Below are positions 1 through 9,949 of a stretch of 46,450 nt of DNA, piece by piece (position 1 is the first letter of the stretch; every line of letters begins with the position of its first letter). The DNA is from Candidatus Limnocylindrales bacterium (GTDB lineage Bacteria; Moduliflexota; Moduliflexia; Moduliflexales; JAUQPW01). The stretch covers positions 62,001 through 108,450 of the forward strand of contig DATMBG010000002.1 of the NCBI GenBank assembly GCA_035559535.1, in the 5' to 3' direction. The translations under genes and the position numbers were made by a program. The notes beneath the pieces were generated by a model. That model was not told where the DNA came from. It saw only the letters and a list, made by a program, of their open reading frames with translations, and did no database searches.

Positions 1-1
1 A

Positions 2-1231
2 GGTTTAACGGCAGGAGTTGCCGGGTTTTATAGGGATGTTATAGAATTGATCAATAGCCTGCAAAAACCCGTTGTAGCCGTGGATATCCCCTCGGGACTG
101 AGCTCAGATACGGGAGAGATACCGGGAAGCTGTATCCGGGCGGATCTGACAGTAACCTTCGGATTGCCAAAGCGAGGTCTCATCCTCTACCCTGCGGCAG
201 AGTTCGTCGGAGAACTCAAGGTAATTCCCATCGGAATTCCTGAGAAGGTGATTTCAGAGGCCGGTATCAAAGTTAATCTCCTAGAAGCCCAGGATATACA
301 GGCTGCTTTAGCGGGTAGTCAGGTAATTAATCGTCCGGCCAACTCCCATAAAGGAACCTATGGGCATGTACTGGTCATAGCAGGTTCCAGGGGGAAGACG
401 GGAGCGGCCTTGATGAGCTCGCGGAGTGCTCTTCGGGTGGGAGCCGGTTTGGTCACTTTAGGTTTACCTGAAAGCCTGAACGATTTCTTGGAAGCAGCGT
501 CCTTCGAAGTGATGACCGTACCTTTGCCGGAGACCTCTGAAGGAACCTTTAGCCATAAAGCTGCTGATTGGATCTTGATGGGCGCAGAGGGTCGAGCCCC
601 TCTATCGGCAGGAAAAAATGTCATCGCCTTGGGCCCCGGGCTTTCAACCCATCCTGAGACCCTGGAGTTGGTTTACGATCTCGTTCAGAACTCCCATCAA
701 CCTCTGGTAATTGACGCCGATGGAATCAATGCCTTAGCCCGAAAACCTGAGATTTTACTCCAGGCCCAGGCTCCGGTGGTTATCACCCCTCATCCTGGAG
801 AGATGGCCCGATTTCTGGGAGAGAAAAACATTCAATCCCGACGAATTGAAGTGGCCCAAGAAACAGCTAAGAAATATGGAATCTATGTAGTTTTGAAGGG
901 AGCCCGGACGATTATCTGCGATCCAAATGGAGAAGTTTTTATTAATTTAACCGGTAACCCGGGAATGGCGACAGGAGGAACCGGAGATGTGCTCACCGGA
1001 ATTTTGGCCGGGTTAATCGCCCAGGGGCTACCCATTTTAGACGCCCTAAAAGTAGGGGTTTATCTTCACGGCCTGGCGGGGGATCTGGCCGCACAAGATA
1101 AAGGAGAACCCGGTCTAATTGCCGGGGATGTGATGGAACAAATTCCCTATGCTATTAAAAAATTGTCCTCTGTGGGTTATCCGTTGTCCGTTGTTAGAAA
1201 TTCGTTGGGAGAAGTCCTGGCTAAAAACTAA
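2..1231 (+). CDS. nnr: Bifunctional NAD(P)HX epimerase/dehydratase (YjeF family), 5'-truncated by the window edge
   Basis: Frame is open from position 2. End of YjeF_N domain (VAVDIPSG, ADLTVTF) followed by carbohydrate-kinase-like domain (SHKGTYGHVLVIAGS, ALGPGL, VIDADG, ITPHPGEMAR, GNPGMATGGTGDVLTG). Confidence 0.95.
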   Translation, partial: GLTAGVAGFYRDVIELINSLQKPVVAVDIPSGLSSDTGEIPGSCIRADLTVTFGLPKRGLILYPAAEFVGELKVIPIGIPEKVISEAGIKVNLLEAQDIQAALAGSQVINRPANSHKGTYGHVLVIAGSRGKTGAALMSSRSALRVGAGLVTLGLPESLNDFLEAASFEVMTVPLPETSEGTFSHKAADWILMGAEGRAPLSAGKNVIALGPGLSTHPETLELVYDLVQNSHQPLVIDADGINALARKPEILLQAQAPVVITPHPGEMARFLGEKNIQSRRIEVAQETAKKYGIYVVLKGARTIICDPNGEVFINLTGNPGMATGGTGDVLTGILAGLIAQGLPILDALKVGVYLHGLAGDLAAQDKGEPGLIAGDVMEQIPYAIKKLSSVGYPLSVVRNSLGEVLAKN

Positions 1232-1270
1232 CTAAAATAACAAGGGACAACAGGTAATCAACAGGAGACA
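1163..1270. repeat. Degenerate inverted heptamer arrays (STRR-like)
   Basis: TTGTCCTC..TTATCCG TTGTCCG TTGTTAG on the left, then complementary-type CAAGGGA CAACAGG units on the right, spanning the nnr stop codon. Confidence 0.5.
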
Positions 1271-1279
1271 AAAGAGTCT

Positions 1280-2029
1280 ATGTTAAAATGGTTTGAAAAC
1301 AAATACCTTTCAATCCTCCTGCTACTCTTTGCGGTAGCTTTACTGACGGGTTGTGGGGCCGTCCTTGGTCCGAATTCACGAACGGTTTTTTTGGAAACAG
1401 GAGAAGATTACCTGGTTTCTGGAGATTATGACCAGGCCATAAAAACTTTCGATTCGATTCTAACCGATAATCCCAAAGATGTTAAAGCCCTGGTGGGTTC
1501 CGGAATTGCATATTACCAGCAAGGGAAGTATGAAAAAGCCTTAGAGAAGCTTACTCGGGCCAAAGAATTAGACCCGGATGATGAACAAGCCCGTCTCTAT
1601 CTGGGTTTAACTTACCTTAAAAAAGGAGAAGATCAGAAAGCCTTAGCAGAGTGGAAAGAATACACCGAGCTCATTTCAACCGGCAAGTTCACCGATCTCG
1701 TCCGACGGGCCATAGCTATTTTGAGTAAAGAAAATGTCACTCTGGAAGAACGCGACTTTGTAGTATCCAGTATCGAGTATGCAACCCAGCAAGAACGAAA
1801 AGTCCTTGTTCAGGATCTGGGAGTCGGTGGGGGAAGTTCCTATTCTATAGGGTCCTCAACCTTAGGCTATCCTCCTTTTGGGATCTTTAATTACAATTAC
1901 GGATACGGATCAGCTCTTCAACCGGTACCTTCGAATACTTATATCATCATCAGGACTACCCCATCTCCGACCAGGACTAATATCCGGGGTGGGATAGAGA
2001 CGAGAATTCGAACTTTACAGGGTAAGTAA
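1280..2029 (+). CDS. TPR-repeat lipoprotein
   Basis: Signal peptide with lipobox LLTG-C. About three TPR motifs (GEDYLVSGDYDQAIKTF, GIAYYQQGKYEKALEKL, LGLTYLKKGEDQKAL). Low-complexity G/S/Y tail. Confidence 0.85.
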   Translation: MLKWFENKYLSILLLLFAVALLTGCGAVLGPNSRTVFLETGEDYLVSGDYDQAIKTFDSILTDNPKDVKALVGSGIAYYQQGKYEKALEKLTRAKELDPDDEQARLYLGLTYLKKGEDQKALAEWKEYTELISTGKFTDLVRRAIAILSKENVTLEERDFVVSSIEYATQQERKVLVQDLGVGGGSSYSIGSSTLGYPPFGIFNYNYGYGSALQPVPSNTYIIIRTTPSPTRTNIRGGIETRIRTLQGK

Positions 2030-2040
2030 ACATCGCCCCG

Positions 2041-2113
2041 TGTTTGTTGTCTGTAGTTCGTTAGGATCTGTTAGGGACCGCGAACAACGGATAGCGGACC
2101 ATAGACCGTGGAT
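2041..2113. repeat. Inverted heptamer arrays (STRR-like)
   Basis: TGTTTGT TGTCTGT AGTTCGT followed by CGCGAAC AACGGAT AGCGGAC CATAGAC CGTGGAT, with 7-nt periodicity and complementary arms. Confidence 0.6.
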
Positions 2114-2740
2114 AAAAATTGGATTCTTTTTGTTGTCCTGTTGTTAAGTATCACCTTTTTTGCTTTACCGGCCTTGGCAGAAATTAAAGCAGGGACTTCA
2201 GAACTGGGGTTAAGTTTAGGCGTCCTTCGAGGAGATGATCTTGGCTCGGTTTTAGTATCTTTTCCAGATGATCCGACCACACCTCAGGATGAAAGTCAAG
2301 TTTTACCCTTTGAGACTCAAGTAAAAGACGGCTTCTTCCTGGGGTTTGAATATACCTTTCATTTTACAACCTGGTTGGGTACAGAACTGGATCTGGCCCT
2401 TATCCCCAATGTATCCGTGGAAGCTTCGGATTTAGGTAAGCTCTTCGACATGGACATTCGTTTCTTCAATGCCAACGCCGTTGTACATCTACTGAATGGT
2501 CGCTTTGTTCCCTTTGTAACGGCTGGAATTGGAATTGCCGACTTCAGTAGCGAAACCATCGATTCGACCCAGTTCATCAATGAATCCGACTTTGCACTCA
2601 ACTTTGGAGGTGGTTTCAAAGTATTTTTGACCGATACTTTTCTTCTTCGGGCAGATATCCGAGATTATCGAACGACACCTGAAGATTTAAATACCCTGAA
2701 CCTGATTCGGATTAGTGGAGGGGTTGCGTTTACCTTTTGA
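2108..2740 (+). CDS. Outer-membrane beta-barrel protein (OmpA/OmpW-like 8-stranded class)
   Basis: Sec signal ending ALPALA. Amphipathic strands, PFVTAGIG and FALNFGGGFK motifs, C-terminal Phe (GGVAFTF). Confidence 0.85.
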   Translation: MDKNWILFVVLLLSITFFALPALAEIKAGTSELGLSLGVLRGDDLGSVLVSFPDDPTTPQDESQVLPFETQVKDGFFLGFEYTFHFTTWLGTELDLALIPNVSVEASDLGKLFDMDIRFFNANAVVHLLNGRFVPFVTAGIGIADFSSETIDSTQFINESDFALNFGGGFKVFLTDTFLLRADIRDYRTTPEDLNTLNLIRISGGVAFTF

Positions 2741-2752
2741 TTTTTATTCAAG

Positions 2753-2814
2753 GTGGGAAGTGTGGGGGGGGGGAGTAGAGTGAAGTATCGGCCCTCCCTT
2801 CTATCTCCCCATCC
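2753..2814. repeat. G-rich/C-rich inverted short-unit array containing a G10 run
   Basis: GTGGGAAGTGTGGGGGGGGGGAGTAGAG ... CCCTCCCTTCTATCTCCCCATCC, intergenic if the SDR starts at 2831. Confidence 0.45.
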
Positions 2815-2830
2815 GAGACGAAGGACAGAG

Positions 2831-3592
2831 TTGGTCTACGACAAGCTAAAACTAGATGGAAAAGTTGCCCTGGTCACAGGAGGTGGGCGGGGTTTGGGAA
2901 GGGCTATGGCTCAAGCGCTGGCAGAGGCAGGGGCCGACGTAGTTGTTGTAAGTCGAACGGTTCAAGAAATTGAAGAAACTGCTGATTCCATTCGGAAAAT
3001 GGGAAGGAAGGCCCTGGCAATCCCAACCGATATCCTCCAGATTCAGCAGGTAGAAAAGGCCGTCCAGATAACCCTGAAAGAATTTGGGAAGATCGATATT
3101 CTGGTCAATAATTCGGGAGTTGCGGTGGTTAAACCTCTGTTAGATCTTACCCTGGAGGAATGGAATCAGGTTATTCAGACCAATTTAACCGGGGTTTTCA
3201 TTGTATCTAAAACGGTCGGAAAGCACATGGCCGAGCGAAGGCAGGGAAAAGTTATCAATATGGCTTCCGTTGCCGGGGTTCGAGGTGTTACGACCCTATC
3301 GGCTTATGCAGCCAGTAAAGCCGCTGTGATTAACCTCACCCGATGCATGGCCGCAGAATGGGTTAAATATAACATTCGAGTCAATGCCATTGCCCCGGGT
3401 TATTTCTATACTTCTATGTCTGCACCTGGTTTAGATAATGAAAAAATTCGGGAAGCCATTCTCTCTAAAATTCCCCTTCGCCGGGTGGGACAACCTGAAG
3501 AACTTGGACCCCTGGTGGTATACCTGGCTTCCGAAGCATCCGATTTTATGACCGGAGAAACTATCTTTATTGATGGAGGTCAATCTATCTGA
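2831..3592 (+). CDS. Short-chain dehydrogenase/reductase (gluconate 5-dehydrogenase/KduD/FabG-like)
   Basis: TGGGRGLG, NNSG, YAASK, VNAIAPG motifs. Probable start is TTG at 2831 after AAGGA; the ORF-track start at 2753 translates repeat DNA. Confidence 0.9.
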   Translation: MVYDKLKLDGKVALVTGGGRGLGRAMAQALAEAGADVVVVSRTVQEIEETADSIRKMGRKALAIPTDILQIQQVEKAVQITLKEFGKIDILVNNSGVAVVKPLLDLTLEEWNQVIQTNLTGVFIVSKTVGKHMAERRQGKVINMASVAGVRGVTTLSAYAASKAAVINLTRCMAAEWVKYNIRVNAIAPGYFYTSMSAPGLDNEKIREAILSKIPLRRVGQPEELGPLVVYLASEASDFMTGETIFIDGGQSI

Positions 3593-3684
3593 TGGAAGAG
3601 GTGTGGGAGAACGGAGGAATGGGGGAAAGGAGATTCTAAAAATCGATCTTTCTGACTCTCCGATCTCTTTATTCTTCCCTTCTT
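3593..3684. repeat. Purine-rich/pyrimidine-rich inverted octamer-like array
   Basis: GGAAGAGG TGTGGGAG AACGGAGG AATGGGGG AAAGGAGA followed by TCTGACTCTCCGATCTCTTTATTCTTCCCTTCTT. Confidence 0.45.
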
Positions 3685-3696
3685 TAATCCCCTGAC

Positions 3697-4782
3697 GTGG
3701 GCGATAAAATTCAACAGAACGGAGACATCTATCAAACTAAGGAACTTCTCCGCGTCCTTTCATACCTTCAATACCCTGTAGCCCTTTTGAACCTGAGCGG
3801 AACGATAAAATGGGCCAATCCGGCCCTGGAGAGACTTTGGGGTTACAACCAGGAGGAATTGAAAAGAAAAAAAATAACTTTCCTTTACTCCAAGGAATCT
3901 CGAAAGAACTTGCCAAAAATTCAAGAGATCTTAACTAAAGATAGCTGGCAGGGTGACCTTGTGGTTCTTAGAAAAGATAAAACAGAATCTCCTGTCTCTG
4001 TAGCCCTCCAGGTCATACGGGATGACGAGGGAAAACCGCTATCCCTCCTCAAACTTATTCAGGAATTAACTTCCCAAAAAGCCATGGAAAAACAGTTGAT
4101 CCAATCTGAAAAGCTGATTGTGATCGGAACTTTAGCGGCAGGAGTTGCCCACGAGCTGAATCAACCCCTTATGGTCATCCGGGGCTACACCCAGATTCTT
4201 CTCTCTAACCATCAGAATGATCCCGAATTAAAAGACTCCCTTAAAAGAATTGAAGGGCAAACCACTCGAATGATGAAGATCATCCAACATCTGAGGGATT
4301 TTTCCAGAGGATCCACCGGAATGAAGGAACCCCTCTCCATCAATCAAATCATTGAAAATGCCTTTACTTTACTTAATCAACAACTGAAAGCTCACAATAT
4401 TGAGGTTATCAAGGAGCTGGCTCAAGACCTCCCTCAAATTAAGGCCGATGCCAATCAATTGGAGCAGGTCATTATCAACTTAATTGTAAATGCCCGGGAT
4501 GCCCTGGATCAAAAGGGAGGTGGAGAAATCAAAGTGGTCAGTCGCTTTAAAAAGCCCGATAAGGTAGAGGTTTTAGTCTCGGATACAGGGATTGGCATGC
4601 CACCCCATATAAAAAATCACATTTTTGAACCCTTCTTTACCACTAAGGAAGCTGGAAAAGGAACCGGCCTGGGATTGAATATCAGTCAGAGAATTATTAA
4701 AGATCATGGAGGAGACATCTCTGTGACCAGTACGGAAGGGAAAGGAACAACCTTTGTTCTGACCTTCCCGATCTATAAGTAG
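3697..4782 (+). CDS. Cytoplasmic PAS-domain sensor histidine kinase (NtrB-like)
   Basis: PAS domain (WANPALERLWGY, WQGDLVVLRKD). H-box AHELNQPL, N-box QVIINLIVNARDA, DTGIG, FEPFFTTK and GTGLGL. Confidence 0.92.
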   Translation: MGDKIQQNGDIYQTKELLRVLSYLQYPVALLNLSGTIKWANPALERLWGYNQEELKRKKITFLYSKESRKNLPKIQEILTKDSWQGDLVVLRKDKTESPVSVALQVIRDDEGKPLSLLKLIQELTSQKAMEKQLIQSEKLIVIGTLAAGVAHELNQPLMVIRGYTQILLSNHQNDPELKDSLKRIEGQTTRMMKIIQHLRDFSRGSTGMKEPLSINQIIENAFTLLNQQLKAHNIEVIKELAQDLPQIKADANQLEQVIINLIVNARDALDQKGGGEIKVVSRFKKPDKVEVLVSDTGIGMPPHIKNHIFEPFFTTKEAGKGTGLGLNISQRIIKDHGGDISVTSTEGKGTTFVLTFPIYK

Positions 4783-4786
4783 CAAC

Positions 4787-4905
4787 TTGTTTGATGTTCG
4801 TTGTTCTCAACAATCGTTGGCCCCTATAGATAGATGGTTAATTAGCCGTCCGTTATCTGTTGTCCATATGGATAGGGATACACTATGGACAATGGACAAC
4901 GGAGA
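4787..4905. repeat. Inverted heptamer arrays (STRR-like)
   Basis: TTGTTTG ATGTTCG TTGTTCT; TCCGTTA TCTGTTG TCCAT pairing with ATGGACA ATGGACA ACGGAGA. Confidence 0.6.
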
Positions 4906-4911
4906 AAACTC

Positions 4912-5886
4912 ATGAAACCTAAAGTGTTTGTCTCTAGAATGCTTCCGCAGAGTGCCCTGGATATCATCAAACAGAACTGTGACATGGAGCTTAATACCGC
5001 CGATGTTCGATTGAGTAAACAGGAGTTAATCGATAAAATCCGCGATAAAGAGGGCCTTCTTTGCCTTTTAACAGATACCATCGATGCCGAGGTTTTAAAC
5101 TCCAGTCCCACGCTTAAAATTGTAGCCAATGTTGCCGTTGGATATAACAATATTGATGTTAAGGCCGCCACTCAAAGAAAAATTATGGTTACCAATACAC
5201 CCGGGGTTTTGGATAATACAACCGGTGATTTTACGTGGGCTTTACTTCTGGCCGTTGCCCGTCGGGTCGTCGAAGCAGATAAGTTTACCCGGGCAGGTCT
5301 TTATAAAGAATGGGGGCTTCAATTATTCCTGGGTGCAGATGTTTATGGAAAAACCTTAGGTATTATCGGATTAGGAAGAATCGGACAGGTGGTTGCCAAA
5401 CGGGCCCAGGGATTCGATATGCGGATCCTTTACTATGATGTTGTAAGAGCCAAACCGGAAATCGAAGAACGTTACAAAGCCACCTTTGTGGATAAGGATA
5501 CCCTTCTGAGGGAATCTGATTTTGTGACATTACATGTCCCTTTATTCCCTGAGACTACCCACTTCATATCCACCCGAGAATTTAACCTTATGAAACCCAC
5601 AGCTTTCCTGATCAACGCCTCACGAGGACCTGTGGTGGATGAAGCAGCCCTGGTAGAGGCTTTAAGAACCAGGCGAATTGCCGGTGCGGCTTTAGATGTT
5701 TATGAGAAGGAACCTGAGATTCATCCGGGTTTAATTCCTCTGGATAATGTGGTTCTGGCTCCTCACATTGCCAGCGCTTCTGTAGAAACCAGGACAAAAA
5801 TGGCCGTCATGGCCGCAGAAAACCTGGTTGCAGGCGTTACAGGGAAAAGACCTCCCAATCTCGTAAATCCAGAAGTTTTACAGTAA
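4912..5886 (+). CDS. gyaR: D-2-hydroxyacid dehydrogenase, glyoxylate/hydroxypyruvate reductase type
   Basis: MKPKVFVSR start after GGAG. AVGYNNID, TNTPGVL, GIIGLGRIG, INASRGPVVDE, LDVYEKEP, APHIAS motifs. Confidence 0.88.
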   Translation: MKPKVFVSRMLPQSALDIIKQNCDMELNTADVRLSKQELIDKIRDKEGLLCLLTDTIDAEVLNSSPTLKIVANVAVGYNNIDVKAATQRKIMVTNTPGVLDNTTGDFTWALLLAVARRVVEADKFTRAGLYKEWGLQLFLGADVYGKTLGIIGLGRIGQVVAKRAQGFDMRILYYDVVRAKPEIEERYKATFVDKDTLLRESDFVTLHVPLFPETTHFISTREFNLMKPTAFLINASRGPVVDEAALVEALRTRRIAGAALDVYEKEPEIHPGLIPLDNVVLAPHIASASVETRTKMAVMAAENLVAGVTGKRPPNLVNPEVLQ

Positions 5887-5930
5887 CCCGTCCACCTGAC
5901 AGGCAGGAAGGGAAGGAATTAATTTAGAAT

Positions 5931-5959
5931 TATAAGGCGAAACCCTGTTTCGCCTCTCC
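5931..5959. repeat. REP-like palindrome / possible terminator hairpin
   Basis: AGGCGAAAC-CCT-GTTTCGCCT, perfect 9-bp stem downstream of gyaR. Confidence 0.55.
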
Positions 5960-6055
5960 TAAACTCAAGACCCCCCGCTCTCTGACTTCCCACTCAGAGT
6001 AATAAGCTGCTCAGAGAGATCCTGTTTCCATACTGATTTGGCAAAATGATGACTT

Positions 6056-6712
6056 ATGAACCCTGTCATGTTAAGGAAAATCATTGCCCGGCAATATCAA
6101 TGGCATGAAGCCCGATTTCAAACCCAAAACGTTTCTATTTCGGGCTCTGATCCGATTCCGGTCGTTGAGCCGAAAATCTGTACGGTTCAAGATATTTACA
6201 AATGCCTTCATCAAGGAGAGTTTGGAATGGGTCATCTTATTGGGGATGTAGATCAGGCCCGAGCCTGGTTTAAAAAGGAATTTGAGGAAGCTATCCCCGA
6301 GGAAGAAGAACCTCTGAGAGAAATAGTCTCTATAGATGGCCAGACCCTCCGAATCAATTTCCGTCCTTATAAGGCCCGGATCGGTAAGGATCCGGTTGCC
6401 AGAGAGAAACTTTTTCAGATTTGTGTGGAATCAGCCCGTAGTTCTCAAGGATCTCCAGAACACTTTTTTACTCTCTTAGAGACCTTTCTTCAGCTTAATC
6501 AGAACCACACTATTCAAATCAAAGGGATTATTTACGCCTTTCCGTTTAAGGTTCTGGAGGGTTTTCTTGAAGGAATTCAACAAACCTGGCGAGATACCGG
6601 ACAGGTTCCCGTTTATCATCATTCGGAGGTCTATCGGATCCATAACAGGCCTGCCTATCGGGTAGTAAACAGGAAGTTTTTAGCCGAGCTCCTACCGGGC
6701 TCGGTGGGATAG
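6056..6712 (+). CDS. Hypothetical protein, probably conserved
   Basis: 218-aa ORF with motif-like blocks QDIYKCLHQGEFGMGH and HHSEVYR..NRPAYRVV. No function recognised. Confidence 0.7.
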   Translation: MNPVMLRKIIARQYQWHEARFQTQNVSISGSDPIPVVEPKICTVQDIYKCLHQGEFGMGHLIGDVDQARAWFKKEFEEAIPEEEEPLREIVSIDGQTLRINFRPYKARIGKDPVAREKLFQICVESARSSQGSPEHFFTLLETFLQLNQNHTIQIKGIIYAFPFKVLEGFLEGIQQTWRDTGQVPVYHHSEVYRIHNRPAYRVVNRKFLAELLPGSVG

Positions 6713-6781
6713 AGAACTTTTATACCCATGTAAATTTCAGAAAAGTTTTAAAATAACTCTGTTCTCGTGGATTTCTTGTAA

Positions 6782-6872
6782 TACCAACTTCCCATTGAAA
6801 TTCGATCTGAGCATAGAGGCATGTTGCAACGTACCCTTGCCCTCTGGGGATAATTTCAAAATGAATTTGGTC
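6782..6872. repeat. MITE-like element: imperfect terminal inverted repeats enclosing a degenerate REP palindrome
   Basis: TACCAACTTCCCATTGAAATT ... AATTTCAAAATGAATTTGGT around ATAGAGGCATGTTGCAACGTACCCTTGC (6813-6840). Confidence 0.5.
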
Positions 6873-6892
6873 TAAGAAATTCTTCAAAAATG

Positions 6893-6936
6893 AAAAAGCC
6901 TGAACAGAGTTCATTTGAGCTTTGTTCAGGCTTTTT
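6893..6936. terminator. Bidirectional rho-independent terminator
   Basis: AAAAAGCCTGAACAGAGTTC-ATTT-GAGCTTTGTTCAGGCTTTTT between convergent genes. Confidence 0.85.
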
Positions 6937-6956
6937 GGTGCCAGGCCAGATTCAGC

Positions 6957-7310
6957 TTACTTATTAAGCCAGGGCCATTTAACAGCTTCTGCAGAGAAAG
7001 TCGTAGTTCCTACCATCTTACCCTCGATGGTTACATTCTTCTTTTCCTCGGCTGAAAGTCTCGGAATATCTTTTAGAAGAGGAGATTCCTGTAGAAGAAC
7101 CAACTTACCATCCTGGGTTTTAACCACGTGGGGATGATCCCCACCCGGGCAAACTCCTGGCTCGAGTTTTACTCCATCGGCCGTCGGCAATACACAATAA
7201 ATATGCCCTGTAATAGCCTGTTTTTCCTCTGCAGCCAGAACTAAGGTCGCCGTGAAAATCCAGAGAACCACCATGACCCCGGATATGACTTGTTTTAGAT
7301 TCAATCTCAT
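6957..7310 (-). CDS. Small exported protein with two Cys (possible OB-like beta fold)
   Basis: Sec signal ending TLVLA. Mature part ITGHIYC...CPGGDHPH..KTQDGK...VTIEGK. Confidence 0.75.
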   Translation of the reverse strand: MRLNLKQVISGVMVVLWIFTATLVLAAEEKQAITGHIYCVLPTADGVKLEPGVCPGGDHPHVVKTQDGKLVLLQESPLLKDIPRLSAEEKKNVTIEGKMVGTTTFSAEAVKWPWLNK

Positions 7311-7449
7311 AATTTACCTTTAATTTTTACAGGGATAAGGTGGAAAAGATCTTAGAGACCTTTTCTCCTTATTCCTGTCATATCTGACGGTTTATATTAA
7401 GAATGTCAGACCATCCACTGGCTTTGAAGTCTTCAGGAGAAGATTTTGA

Positions 7450-7534
7450 GATCCTCAACTTTAAGTAGATAATCTTAGCAGGCAGGAGGCCTGCACTCTC
7501 AAAAGGATTCCGATCCTCGACTTTAAGTAAATAA
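7450..7534. repeat. 23-bp direct repeat pair separated by 39 bp containing a small hairpin
   Basis: GATCCTCAACTTTAAGTAGATAA (7450-7472) and GATCCTCGACTTTAAGTAAATAA (7512-7534), 2 mismatches. Confidence 0.8.
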
Positions 7535-7602
7535 CTCTCCTTTATAAATTAGTCGTTTGAATGAAAAAGTTATTACAACGACGGGTGCTGTCATCTATCT
7601 AT

Positions 7603-9822
<2,220 letters not shown>

Positions 9823-9949
9823 CCTAAATCCCTCCTCCTAACAGATAAAAATTACCCTTGCGAATTTAGTGTAACTTCAATTAATTTGAAAGGCAATATT
9901 TTTAAAAACTTTAATGATCTGTTTAAATTTAAATAGGTTGTATATCATC

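Noticed and set aside
2753-2830. N-terminal extension of the SDR in the ORF track
   Set aside because: It translates G-rich/C-rich repeat DNA. A TTG at 2831 with an RBS gives a normal-length SDR.
7450-7534. CRISPR array
   Set aside because: Only two 23-bp copies, no cas genes in the window, and the spacer is itself palindromic. Kept only as a direct repeat.
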